64,000 bases of DNA from Eledone cirrhosa. Its lineage: Eukaryota. The stretch covers positions 37,882,001-37,946,000 of the forward strand of contig OZ024741.1 in assembly GCA_964016885.1 (NCBI GenBank). The letters are read 5' to 3'. The notes under the pieces are model-generated. The model ran no database searches. It saw only the letters and a list, made by a program, of their open reading frames with translations, and was not told the DNA's origin. Shown here in pieces: positions 21,555 to 35,962 of the stretch. Position numbers and translations under genes: made by a program. Numbering within the stretch: the stretch's first letter is position 1; the number at the start of each line of letters is the position of its first letter.

Positions 21555-22245
21555 GTATATATGTACACATAGACTAGAGTATGTATGTATATATGTGTGT
21601 GTCTATACGTGTGTATATAAAGATAAGTTGAGTATAAAAATGTATACACATGAACGCGTATGTATGTACATGAATACATGTGTGTATATATATATGTATG
21701 CATGTGTATATGTATGTAAGTATGAACATGTTACTATGTGAATGTGAGTATATGTATTTTGTAGAGGTGTGCAAATATGTTTGTGTGTGAATGCGTGGGT
21801 GAAAGGATACGTACACTTGAAAGAAAAATTTAAGTCTGAATGTTAATTAAGTGCAAACACAAAACCAACCACGCATATCTTTACTATCTCTAACCTTCTA
21901 TAGATTTAGAAAAATAACCAATAATATATTCTATAAAAATGTCAAAACAACAGATGGGAATCTAATTACTCACTGCCACCAAAAATTCTCACTGCTATCA
22001 AAAAACCACTCCCTCAACTATTCTTCTAACAACTTCACCCCTCCCTCCTAATATTCTCTATAAAAACCAAACAGGTCCTCAGTAATATTATTCTGATGAA
22101 ATGACAGTAAATAATAACATTGAAATATTGAATGTCTGCATAACTAATACTTTGTAGATAGCAGCTGTTTTCAGGTTATGTAACTGTTATAGAAACACGT
22201 GTCAATAAATTCCTTTCAACTAAACTGTATCCATTCAAATCTTTC
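20545..22245 (+). mobile_element. Penelope-like element C, 3' fragment
   Basis: FPTSHKYHK..IRLSYST linker, GIY-YIG ORF 20899-21225, microsatellite-containing 3' UTR, terminal hammerhead. Confidence 0.85.
22089..22207 (+). ncRNA. Type I hammerhead ribozyme motif with enlarged loop 2
   Basis: TATT-CTGATGA-A-ATGACAGT...ACTGTTAT-A-GAAA-CACGTG-TC-AATA (GUC site, palindromic stem III). Confidence 0.85.
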
Positions 22246-22344
22246 TATATATATATATATAATATATATATATATTTAATATATATATATATATTTAATA
22301 TATATATATATATTTAATATATATATATATATTATATATAATAT

Positions 22345-22495
<151 letters not shown>

Positions 22496-22586
22496 ATATA
22501 TATATATATATATAATATATATATATATATTAAATATATATAAATATATATAATATATATATATAATATATATATATATAATATAT

Positions 22587-22629
<43 letters not shown>

Positions 22630-22673
22630 TATATGTATATATATATATAATATATATATATATATAATATATA

Positions 22674-23338
<665 letters not shown>

Positions 23339-23354
23339 AATATATATAATATAT

Positions 23355-23413
<59 letters not shown>

Positions 23414-23427
23414 ATATATATATATAA

Positions 23428-23535
<108 letters not shown>

Positions 23536-23603
23536 TATATATATATATTATATATATTATATATATATATATATATAAATATATATAATATATATATATA
23601 TAT

Positions 23604-23671
<68 letters not shown>

Positions 23672-23713
23672 TATAATTTATATATATATATAATATATAT
23701 ATAATTTATATAT

Positions 23714-23760
<47 letters not shown>

Positions 23761-24035
23761 GATAAGCAGAACAAGCAAAATTCAACCAATTTTTTAAAAT
23801 AAATTAAAAAATATGATTTAAATATTTACCTATTCTTTTGGCCCTTACGGATCGGTTTCGCTTTGTAAAACACCAGAAATCCAATGGATTTTCAATGGAA
23901 AATCAAAGCTCATCAGAGAAACATTTTCCTTTCCTAGTGCTAAAGACCCAGGAACGATAAAATATATTGTCATCTGCCAGCTAGCACAGATCCAACGGGC
24001 ATATTAACTTCTCTCTCTATATATATATTAACTTC

Positions 24036-24120
<85 letters not shown>

Positions 24121-24130
24121 TATATAATAT

Positions 24131-24226
<96 letters not shown>

Positions 24227-24236
24227 ATATATATAT

Positions 24237-24269
<33 letters not shown>

Positions 24270-24287
24270 AATATATATAATATATAT

Positions 24288-24367
<80 letters not shown>

Positions 24368-24409
24368 TATGTATATATATATATATATATAAATATATAT
24401 AATATATAT

Positions 24410-24487
<78 letters not shown>

Positions 24488-24491
24488 TATG

Positions 24492-24554
<63 letters not shown>

Positions 24555-24628
24555 TATATATATATATATATATTTTATATATATAATATATATATAATAT
24601 ATATATATATACACATATATATATAGAT

Positions 24629-24670
<42 letters not shown>

Positions 24671-24692
24671 ATTATATATATATATTATATAT

Positions 24693-24724
<32 letters not shown>

Positions 24725-24792
24725 ATTATATATATATATATATATTATATATATATATTATATATATATATATATATTATATATATATATAT

Positions 24793-24824
<32 letters not shown>

Positions 24825-24832
24825 ATATATAT

Positions 24833-26700
24833 AACAAACGCGGCCGGAAAAGAAATCGCCAAGTCCCTTAAATTACACGACCGAACCGAACCTTTAAGGG
24901 TAAAGACCCCGCACTTTACCCTGAAGGACCATAAGGGAAACTTCCTCAACAAATCATCAGTCAGACTTATCAACCCCACTCGTTCTGACATCGGCTCTAT
25001 CAGTAAGAAGATCCTGGATAGAGTTCTACCATCATTGCGGGCAGCCTCACCACTTCCACTCTGGAGCAGAACATCTGAGGCAATATCATGGTTCCAAAAA
25101 TTACCCGACAAACACCACACTCGCTTCCTGCAACTCGACATAGAAAACTACTATGCCTCTATCTCGGAGCCCCTCCTGAAGGACGCAATTAACTTTGCCA
25201 GGAATTTTACCACCATTACCGATGCTGAGCAAGTTGTTATCCTCCACGCTCGTAAGACCTTTCTATACCACGATGGATCTTACTGGATCAACAAGAAATC
25301 TCATACCCCATTTGACGTTAGCATGGGGGCGAGTGACTCGGCTGAAATTAGCGACCTTGTGGGCCTGTACATCCTACACCACCTGAAGAACCTCTTTACC
25401 GGCCTAATACCGTTTATACCGAGACGACGGCCTCTTAGCCCTGCATAAGGTTAACCCCAGAACCACCGATGGGTTTCGGAAAAACTTAAGCTCTTTCTTC
25501 TCTAATCTAGGATTTAGTATAACTATAGAATCTAATTTGACTAGGGCCAACTTCTTAGATGTCACTCTCGACCTAGATACTTCCCTCTATTACCCGTACC
25601 ACAAACCTAACGAGTCCCTTAAATATATTAATGTTAATTCAAACCACCCCCAAAACATCACTGATAACCTAGTAAAAAGCGTCTCTATTAGAATATCTGG
25701 CCTCTCCGCCAACAAAGATATTTTTAATGCATCTGCCTCCTACTACAATGACGCCCTCGCCCGTAGCGGATTTAAAGATAAGATAACTTACCTAGAAACC
25801 ACCGCAAGATTTCAGAGGAGGAATAGACATAGGCAGATTAGCTGGTACAACCCTCCCTTCAATAGAGAGGTATCTACTCCGATAGCTAGGATTTTCTTCA
25901 CTTTGCTGAAATTACACTTCCCCATACAACATAGGTACCACACCATCTTTAATAAGAACACAATAAGACTGTCTTACTCCACCACACCTAACCTAGCTAG
26001 GAATATAGCCAACCACAATTCTAAAAAATTAAATAAGCCAACCACCTCCGAACCCAATCCCCGGACTGGGGCTCTATGTAATTGCCTAAATAAGAAAGCA
26101 TGCCCACTTGAAAACAAATGCCTCACAAATGATATCGTATACAAATGCGATGTCATCTCAGGCACCGAGGATTGCAAAAAAACTTACATCGGCATGACCT
26201 CCAACAACTTTAAGACCCGTTGGTATGCCCATACCCACTCCTTCAGAAGACCGGATAAATCAAATCAGACAACACTCGCCTCCTACGTTTGGGACCTCAA
26301 AAGGAACTCCACCCCCTTCACGCTTAAATGGAAAATACTCCAGGAAGCGCGCTCTTACAACGGAGGACACAAGGGCTGCGACCTTTGTATTTCAGAGAGC
26401 TACGAAATTTTATTCGCCAAGGGCCCGCTACTGAACAAACTCTCTGAACACTGCCCGAACTGCATGCACAAGAACTTTGCAACTTTCAAACACTTTAAGC
26501 CAGTGTTAAAGCCCGATGGCTAAAAACGACCTCCCCCTATTGGCCCCTATACCTCCTTCCCACCCTACCCCCACCCCTCCTCAACCTGAAATACGGCCAC
26601 TATGGTTATGTGAGTACCTCTTTCCTATCTACATTTTCTGCCTGTAGAGGTGTTTTTATGTGCCTGCGTATATGCGTATATTTATTGAGTATTTATTTAT
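24833..26700 (+). mobile_element. Penelope-like element A, 5'-truncated; RT plus GIY-YIG with a frameshift just before YRDD
   Basis: ORFs 25035-25448 and 25537-26523; TTATACCGAGACGACGGC (LYRDDG) near 25414; CNC..CPL..CL, IVY..YIG, CDLC..E, LLN. Confidence 0.92.
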
Positions 26701-26786
26701 TTGTATGTGTTTTATGTGTGTATATTTATGTATGTATGTGTGTATATTTATGTATGTATGTGTATGTATATATGTATATATATGTG

Positions 26787-26871
<85 letters not shown>

Positions 26872-27024
26872 ATATATGTGTATGTATGTGTATGTGTATG
26901 TATATATGTATATGTTTGTATATGTATGTATATATATATGTGTATGTGTGTATGTGTGTGTGTGTCTATATATATATATATATATGTGTGTGTGTGCAGG
27001 TGTGTATATATATATGTGTGTATA

Positions 27025-27079
<55 letters not shown>

Positions 27080-27236
27080 GTGCGTGAGAGAGAGTATGTG
27101 TATATATATTTGTGTGTGTGTGTGTGTATGTGTGTATGCGTGTATATATATGTATATATGTGTGTATATATGCGTATATATGTTTGTATATATGTGTATA
27201 TTTATGTATATGTCTGTGTATGTATGTGTATATATG

Positions 27237-27269
<33 letters not shown>

Positions 27270-27621
27270 GCATGTGTATGTGTGTGTGTATATATGTGTA
27301 TATGTGTGTGTGTGTATATATGTGTGTGTATATGTATGTATATATGTATGTATGTGTGTGTATGTATATGTATATATATATATAATATATTTAGAAACAC
27401 ACAGATACATGCGGACACACACATATACATGAATGCATCCACACCCAACCGTGAGTTAAGGGTGCCAACCTCACCGATGTTGCTCAATGAATGACTGGGA
27501 CAGACCAATTCGGTTGAACTAGACTGAACCAGTATCAGAGTTAAAAATACATTATGAAGAGAGAAGAAACATTTAGATATAATTAGTAATAAAATGTATC
27601 ATACCTAAACTGCTCCTAGAT

Positions 27622-27711
27622 TCCTCGACTACGTAGTTTCGTGGCATAAACAAAAACAATACATCATAAAGATATAGAGTCCCTGCGAGGTCTGCCGACT
27701 TATCAAGAGGA
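27622..27711 (-). ncRNA. Type I hammerhead ribozyme motif, U3-A8 core variant (copy 1)
   Basis: - strand: TCCTC-TTGATAA-GTCGGCA...TGCCAC-GAAA-CTACGTAG-TC-GAGGA. Confidence 0.72.
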
Positions 27712-28230
27712 TACCTCATTTTACTAGTCCCAAGAACGCGTCTACACGACGTGAGAAAGAATCCCAAAATGCGGAGGGGGAGATAGTCACGCGATATAAC
27801 GGTCGAGAAACAGAGCTAAGCCTCTTATAACCCCGAAGAAAATACCACAGAGGCGGAGGGGGTACTTATATCGAAGCCGTAGAAGAGGTGGTGAAGGAGG
27901 CGAGAAGTATGAGTAATGGCAGCTTTCCAGCAGTCACCACACTTCAAAGATTACTCAACCAGAGGGAGTTATTAACAATATATTTAGAAACACACAGATA
28001 CATGCGGACACACACATATACATGAATGCATCCGTGAGATGTATATATATATATGTATATGTTTGTTTGTATATATATTTGTATATGTATGTATGTATGT
28101 ATCTGTGTATGTGTGTATGTATGTGTGTGTGTGTGTATATGTATATATGTGTATATATATTGTGTGTGTGTGTATGTGTATATATATGTGTATATGTATA
28201 TTTGTATATATGTATGTATATATATATATA

Positions 28231-28279
<49 letters not shown>

Positions 28280-28350
28280 GTATATATGTGTGTATATATG
28301 TGTATGTATTTGTGTATGTATGTATGTATGTGTGTGTATGTGTGTGTATG

Positions 28351-28392
<42 letters not shown>

Positions 28393-28415
28393 TATGAATA
28401 TATGTATGAATGGTG

Positions 28416-28487
<72 letters not shown>

Positions 28488-28591
28488 GTGCTTTTTCCTT
28501 ATATATGTGTATATGTGTGTGTGTGTATATATATATGTATGTATGTATGTGTGTGTGTGTGTGTGTATGTATATGTATATATTTGTTTATG

Positions 28592-28631
<40 letters not shown>

Positions 28632-28751
28632 TATCTATGTGTATATATATGTATATGTATACACATGTATATTTGTGTGTATGTATGTATGTATGTGTGT
28701 GAGTGTATTTATATGTGTATATATGAGTGTGTGTGTGTGTATATATATGTA

Positions 28752-28819
<68 letters not shown>

Positions 28820-28885
28820 GAAGAGAGAAGAAACATTTAAATATAATTAGTAATAAAATGTATCATACCTAAACTGCTCCTAGAT

Positions 28886-28975
28886 TCCTCGACTACGTAG
28901 TTTCGTGGCATAAACAAAAACAATACATCATAAAGATATAGAGTCCCTGCGAGGTCTGCCGACTTATCAAGAGGA
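28886..28975 (-). ncRNA. Type I hammerhead ribozyme motif, U3-A8 core variant (copy 2)
   Basis: Same motif 1264 bp from copy 1. Confidence 0.72.
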
Positions 28976-29494
28976 TACCTCATTTTACTAGTCCCAAGAA
29001 CGCGTCTACACGACGTGAGAAAGAATCCCAAAATGCGGAGGGGGAGATAGTCACGCGATATAACGGTCGAGAAACAGAGCTAAGCCTCTTATAACCCCGA
29101 AGAAAATACCACAGAGGCGGAGGGGGTACTTATATCGAAGCCGTAGAAGAGGTGGTGAAGGAGGCGAGAAGTATGAGTAATGGTAGCTTTCCAGCAGTCA
29201 CCACACTTCAAAGATTACTCAACCAGAGGGAGTTATTAACAATATATTTAGAAACACACAGATACATGCGGACACACACATATACATGAATGCATCCGTG
29301 AGATGTATATATATATATGTATATGTTTGTTTGTATATATATTTGTATATGTATGTATGTATGTATCTGTGTATGTGTGTATGTATGTATGTGTGTGTGT
29401 GTATATGTATATATGTGTATATATATTGTGTGTGTGTGTATGTGTATATATATGTGTATATGTATATTTGTATATATGTATGTATATATATATA

Positions 29495-29541
<47 letters not shown>

Positions 29542-29606
29542 GTATATATGTGTGTATATATGTGTATGTATTTGTGTATGTATGTATGTATGTGTTTGTA
29601 TGTGTG

Positions 29607-29638
<32 letters not shown>

Positions 29639-29670
29639 ATATATATATGAATATATGTATGAATGGTGTA

Positions 29671-29726
<56 letters not shown>

Positions 29727-29820
29727 GTGCTTTTTCCTTACATATGTGTATATGTGTGTGTGTGTGTGTATATATATATGTATGTATGTGTGTGTGTGTA
29801 TGTATATGTATATATTTGTT

Positions 29821-29875
<55 letters not shown>

Positions 29876-29992
29876 CTATGTGTATATATATGTATATGTA
29901 TACACATGTATATTTGTGTGTATGTATGTATGTATGTGTGTGAGTGTATTTATATGTGTATATATGAGTGTGTGTGTGTGTATATATATGTA

Positions 29993-30044
<52 letters not shown>

Positions 30045-30110
30045 GAAGAGAGAAGAAACATTTAAATATAATTAGTAATAAAATGTATCATACCTAAACT
30101 GCTCCTAGAT

Positions 30111-30200
30111 TCCTCGACTACGTAGTTTCGTGGCATAAACAAAAACAATACATCATAAAGATATAGAGTCCTTGCGAGGTCTGCCGACTTATCAAGAGGA
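30111..30200 (-). ncRNA. Type I hammerhead ribozyme motif, U3-A8 core variant (copy 3)
   Basis: Same motif 1225 bp from copy 2. Confidence 0.72.
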
Positions 30201-30671
30201 TACCTCATTTTACTAGCTTCAAGAACGCGTCTACACGACGTGAGAAAGAATCCCAAAAGGCGGAGGAGGAGATAGTCACGCGATATAACGGTCGAGAAAC
30301 AGAGCTAAGCCTCTTATAACCCCGAAGAAAATACCACGGAGGCGGAGGGGGTATTTATATCGAAGCCGTAGAAGAGGTGGTGAAGGGGGCGAGAAAAATT
30401 TTTTAAAATTTTCTTATTTTACGTCTTTTATATTATTGTTCTGCATCCTCCTGCATTTAACCACCTAGGTACTATGACATAACCTGTGTATTTGCTAGCA
30501 TTAGCGTACATCTGTACGCATATGTCAGTAGATATACTAAATTCTCTATATATAATATATATATATATATACACACATATATAATATATATATAATTATA
30601 TATATATATATATACACATATATATATATATAATATATATATATATATATACACACATATAATATATATAT

Positions 30672-30702
<31 letters not shown>

Positions 30703-30703
<1 letters not shown>

Positions 30704-31109
30704 GGTAGCTGCCAACTCGTTTTCGAGTACGGCCACTACTTTATATCCATGTAGGAGAACCCCTACCGATGCACTGAACGAGTGTGACTTTTTAGTCCAG
30801 CCAGCGACTTGAAAACTCTGGTACAAACACTATACTTGTGACAATTATTGGCACATAGTGCTGGGCCCATGGTATCATGTGACGACAAGTGCAGAGAGAT
30901 CTCCGGATATAAAGCAATGCCTGTGCCGTGAAGCTTTTATAGTGAGCAAAGGCACTGCACAAAGCCAGTCCCACTCTCTTAACCAAGATGATATTTACCA
31001 AAAAGAAGAACAAGTCAACATCATTGGATACCATCAGCGTTGCAGGTGTTATATCAGAGTTTTCCTTCTCCTAGAATTCTGCCTTGACAAAGGCTAAGGG
31101 GTCATCTCT

Positions 31110-31111
<2 letters not shown>
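30703..31111 (-). mobile_element. 5'-truncated copy of an RTE-derived non-autonomous retroelement
   Basis: Diverged reverse complement of 33177-33585; flanked by (TA)n. Confidence 0.7.
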
Positions 31112-31185
<74 letters not shown>

Positions 31186-31204
31186 TATATAATATATATA
31201 TAAT

Positions 31205-31289
<85 letters not shown>

Positions 31290-31418
31290 ATATATATATA
31301 TAATATATATATATACATATATATATATATATTATATATATATGCACACACATATATATATATATATATATAATATATACATATATATATACATATATAT
31401 ATATATATATTATATATA

Positions 31419-31490
<72 letters not shown>

Positions 31491-31622
31491 ATATATATAT
31501 ATATAATATATAATATATATAATATAATATATTAAGTGTAAGGAATTCTTTTACAATGGAATTAGCTCGAAAGGAAATATTCCTGAGCCGTGTATAAAAG
31601 TAATATATATGAGTAATATAAT

Positions 31623-31672
<50 letters not shown>

Positions 31673-31721
31673 TATATATATATATATATACACACACATA
31701 TATATATATATAAATATATAT

Positions 31722-32470
31722 GCTTAAACTAAATATTAAGATAGTGGAAAGACTAGGTACCTCCATAAAAACACTTACTAGTAATACATACCCTTTTCAA
31801 AGACCTCCCTGTATAGATAAGTAAAGAATAATCTGTAAACTAAGGCCCCATATTAACTGCAAAACTAGAAACATAGTATATGTAAAAAGATCTACTTAGG
31901 GACAATGTAAAGATAAGAATATAGTGTACGTAGGTGAGACAGCTCGTAGTATAGCAGAACGATTAAATGAACACTGGCGAGAGCTTCAAGATAGAAAAGA
32001 ATCATCAGTACTCCACCAACATGCTAAAATAGCACATAAGGACAAATTAGAGAACATAGAAATTAAAATAAAATCTACACACAGAAAAGACGCAATGTTT
32101 AGACAAATCACAGAGGCAATAAAAATAAAGGAACTCCAACCAAAATTAAATAGAAAACATGAATGGAATAGCAACATCACAACTTACAATTAAGGACAAA
32201 ATGAAAACACACACACACATAAAACAAACAACCAACTAGTAACATGTAAATAAACAAATAAACAAATAAAAACACACACAGACACCCGGATGTAACACAT
32301 GCGCAAGCTAAGCACACAACACACACAAAAACAAGATGGCGTAGGACAGAACAAAGGAGAGGCACAAAAATAAAGAAAAGAATCCCCAGTCACTGAAGAG
32401 GTCACAGAACGTGTGACGAAAGAACTTTGACAATATATGAACAATCGTCTGGTTGTGGAACCAACCAACC
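31722..32470 (+). mobile_element. Penelope-like element F, 3' fragment (GIY-YIG, 3' UTR, pLTR)
   Basis: ORF 31924-32193 YVGETARSIAERLNEH..HQH..RQITEAIKI..LNRKHEW; hammerhead at 32389-32431. Confidence 0.85.
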
Positions 32471-32850
32471 GGAAATTTGTAAGCTAGTTCACTTCTAGGG
32501 GTTGTATTGATGAACATTACACTCTGGTATTTATTGCTATCATACCATGAGTTTATTCTATTAACCTTATTCCTAGTTCTTTCTATTCTATTCCAAAATT
32601 TGCTCCTATACAAGGGGCAAGTCCCATTTGTATCATTATTTACCATTTTTTCCCATTTGGTTCTGGCTCCTCTATATACTCTGATTTTATCTCTCTGATT
32701 GTAGCCAGAGAACTGCATAGGGTGGATGAAGTGTTGTATGTCTCTCACTAGTTCTTTGGGGTTGCACATGCGGGACACGTTCCTCATCACCCGTACTAAA
32801 TCCGCAATCAGTATGTTGATTTTGGTGTAATCCGAAACAGCTGTAGAGTG
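32471..32850 (-). mobile_element. PLE RT-thumb/linker fragment, probably the upstream part of element F in inverted orientation
   Basis: ORF 32308-32790: MQFSGY..PLYRSKFW..SWY..VMFINTTPRSELA. Confidence 0.65.
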
Positions 32851-32908
32851 GTTCTAATCTGTTATAAACTAAATTTTTTGAATAACCAACAAATTAAATA
32901 ACTTATTG

Positions 32909-32975
<67 letters not shown>

Positions 32976-32978
<3 letters not shown>

Positions 32979-33582
32979 AGGTCACCAGTTGGTGCTACTG
33001 GTAACATGTATCCCAGTACAACCTGTCCCATGGTCGGGTCGTTGGCGACTAAACTGGCAACCCCACCAAGGTTTCTTGGTGAGGAGGGTGGCTTGGGATA
33101 TCCTGCAGGACTAAAAACAAAACCTGTCAAAGGGCAAAGGAGCTCTTAAGAGTCAATGGCCATCCAAAATCACCGGGAGAGATGACCCCTTAGCCTTTGT
33201 CAAGGCAGAATTCTAGGAGAAGGAAAACTCTGATATAACACCTGCAACTCTGATGGTATCCAATGATGTTGACTTGTTCTTCTTTTTGGTAAATATCATC
33301 TTGGTTAAGAGAGTGGGACTGGCTTCGTGCAGTGCCTTTGCTCACTATAAAAGCTTCACGGCACAGGCATTGCTTTATATCTGGAGATCTCTCTTCACGT
33401 TTCATCACAGGGTACCAATGGGCCTACCACTATGTGTCAATAATTGTCACAGGTGTAGTGTTTGTACCAGAGTTTTCAAGTCGCTGGCTGGACTAAAAAG
33501 TCACACTCGTTCAGCGCATCAGTAGGAGTTCTCCTACATGGATATAAAGTAGTGGCCGTACTCGAAAACGAGTTGGCAGCCA

Positions 33583-33585
<3 letters not shown>
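32976..33585 (+). mobile_element. RTE-derived internally deleted non-autonomous retroelement (~610 bp)
   Basis: 3' end encodes a C2H2 remnant CSVCTRVFKSLAGLKSHTRSAH* like the C-terminus of some RTE-clade ORFs; no RT; (TA)n on both sides. Confidence 0.6.
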
Positions 33586-33613
<28 letters not shown>

Positions 33614-33618
<5 letters not shown>

Positions 33619-34066
33619 GATACTAAACAAATGGAAACTATATTTATAAAACCATATTTATTTCATTATACATATTTCGGGGATACCATATTAAAAATAT
33701 GGCATGCCTTCGTCAGATAAAATACAATATATAAACAGTTTTATAAATAATTTTGACGTACCATAAATATGAGCGACCATTATGTAGGAAGTTGGTTTGG
33801 TAGTCTTCCTACATAATGGTCGCTCATATTTATGATACGTCAAAATTATTTATAAAACTGTTTATATATTGTATTTTATCTGACGAAGGCATGCCATATT
33901 TTTAATATGGTATCCCTGAAATATGTATAATGAAATAAATATGGTTTTATAAATATAGTTTCCATTTGTTTAATATCGTATATCTACTCCAAAAACTTGT
34001 CGAGTGCTTTTATATCAGTTATAAAATATTTACTTGTTGTAACCCAACAATTTTAAATAAAACTTT

Positions 34067-34070
<4 letters not shown>
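33614..34070. mobile_element. Palindromic solo PLE pseudo-LTR, same family as 1930-2367
   Basis: 33614-33791 is the reverse complement of 33805-33983; 13-nt loop; one-sided tail. Confidence 0.8.
33874..33935 (+). ncRNA. Type I hammerhead ribozyme motif (intact mirror at ~33662-33723 on -)
   Basis: TTTTAT-CTGACGA-AGGCATGCCATAT..ATATGGTATCCCT-GAAA-TATGTA-TA-ATGAAA. Confidence 0.78.
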
Positions 34071-34113
<43 letters not shown>

Positions 34114-34399
34114 CTATACATAATTGCGATTGTTTGTTTTTATGTCATTGTTATTTCAAGGACAAGAGGGCTAACATTTATTTGTTTATTTCTCATAGGC
34201 AAAAGTTAGTAAAGTATTATGTAGCTGGGACCAAACAGAAATTACAGAAGCAGAAACGGATTAAACGTCTTATTTAGTATCTTCGCCCTTTTGCGCCCTT
34301 TGTTCTTCACCTCTACAAATTCTCGCCCCGTTAACTTAAAACTTTAAAACTTCCATTGCTATTCTTCGGGGCTGTGAGTTCGTTTTAAGAAGGTAATTA

Positions 34400-34462
<63 letters not shown>

Positions 34463-34520
34463 AATGGCTTCTACAGGGCTAGAACTGTTTCATTCGGGAG
34501 AAATCATCAGGATTGATTAT
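34463..34520 (-). ncRNA. Possible hammerhead ribozyme motif
   Basis: - strand: TC-CTGATGA-TTTCTCCCGAAT-GAAA-CAG..CTG-TA-GA; stems I and II are weak. Confidence 0.45.
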
Positions 34521-34631
34521 ATATATATACGAAGATACATAAATATATCTACATATAGATATATACACACGCATATACATACATAAATAATTTTTCCAAT
34601 ACTCTTTATCCTAAATCTTATTGTTAAGTAG

Positions 34632-34672
<41 letters not shown>

Positions 34673-34764
34673 GGTTTGAGGTTCACCCATTTTGAAGTGC
34701 TCAACATTTCAGGAGCATTCAGCCCCATAGATTTTATCTATTACATTCACGTATTATATTTCGA

Positions 34765-34822
34765 ATACCTGATGATATCACCGGATTCATACGGAACCCG
34801 GTCATTGAAATGATCATAGTAT
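34765..34822 (+). ncRNA. Type I hammerhead ribozyme motif in an orphan ~200-bp island
   Basis: ATAC-CTGATGA-TATCACCGG..CCGGTCATT-GAAA-TGATCA-TA-GTAT. Confidence 0.85.
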
Positions 34823-34868
34823 AACAAACCTTTCAAGGATTTACACAAATCCAGCCTCCTGTCATTTC

Positions 34869-34922
<54 letters not shown>

Positions 34923-35008
34923 CACATATATATGTATGTATATATATATATATATTATTATACATACATATATATATATACATACATATATATGTGTATA
35001 TATATTTA

Positions 35009-35056
<48 letters not shown>

Positions 35057-35068
35057 CACATATATATG

Positions 35069-35157
<89 letters not shown>

Positions 35158-35479
35158 ATTGGCGGTTTGCAAGCAAATTCGGCCTACTTATATGAAATGA
35201 TAAGTTAACAAAGCACTCGATAAGGTAGGTCCTTAGAGTAATAACATACATTTATATAGCTTGACAAATCGAACATTGCGGTAGGCAAAATCTAACACAC
35301 AATAATATACCAAAGTAACGATAGAACTAACAGGTTGAGAAAAATACACCAGGACAAATCAAACGATTATACGTTTAAAGTGTTTCTTTGAATCCGAAAT
35401 CAAATATCAGACTTACGTGACTGGCAAGCTCGTGGTATTCATGATCGAACAGATATATATATATATTATATATATTCTA

Positions 35480-35962
35480 GGGCGGGTAAAATTCCCGAGA
35501 TCCATGGACGAGTTCTCTCCAGCGGTCTCTGTCCCTCATTATCGCTGCCATGTCCTGCGTCTTCAACAGACCAGTGTCTGTCCTTAGGGTATCAACATAC
35601 GTTAACCTTGGTCTTCCTCTTCTAGTGTGTCCACGTAGGGGGGCTCCCACAGGAGCACTGAGTGCAATGTCAACTCTGGATGTCGGTGAGCATGTCCAGC
35701 TAACCTCAGTCTCCTTTGTGTCACTTTTGAGCTGACTTTTGGGAGACTCCCATACAGCTCTGAGTTTTTCATCCTCAGTGTATACTGATTAATGTTCAGA
35801 GCCATCCTCAGCATTCTCATGTAATACCCATCCACCATCTGAGTGAGTTTCTTGGTCTGTGTCCAAGTCTCAGACCCGTACAGCAGCACAGACTCCACTA
35901 CAGCAACGAAGAGGAGGATTTTCAGGTCTTTACGAATGTCCGACTTCCACACCGATCTCAAG
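35480..35962 (-). mobile_element. RTE-like LINE, 3' fragment
   Basis: ORF 35602-35994: VESVLLYGSETWT..RMLRMAL..RRLRLAGHAHR..LLWEP, then GRP in another frame. Confidence 0.8.

Larger units (their letters stand above)
27551..30395 (-). repeat. Tandem ~1.25-kb unit (2 full plus 1 partial) of pLTR-like sequence plus compound microsatellite
   Basis: ATTATGAAGAGAGAAGAAACATTT begins at 27551, 28815 and 30040; the same 64-aa pseudo-ORF appears three times in the ORF track. Confidence 0.9.

Noticed and set aside
27573-27767. 64-aa ORF repeated three times
   Set aside because: Non-ATG start, overlaps the hammerhead, and its conservation is explained by the tandem duplication.
35365-35415. Hammerhead-like motif on the - strand (CTGATA-TTTGA..TCAAA-GAAA)
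   Set aside because: Core is incomplete and stem I is not evident.
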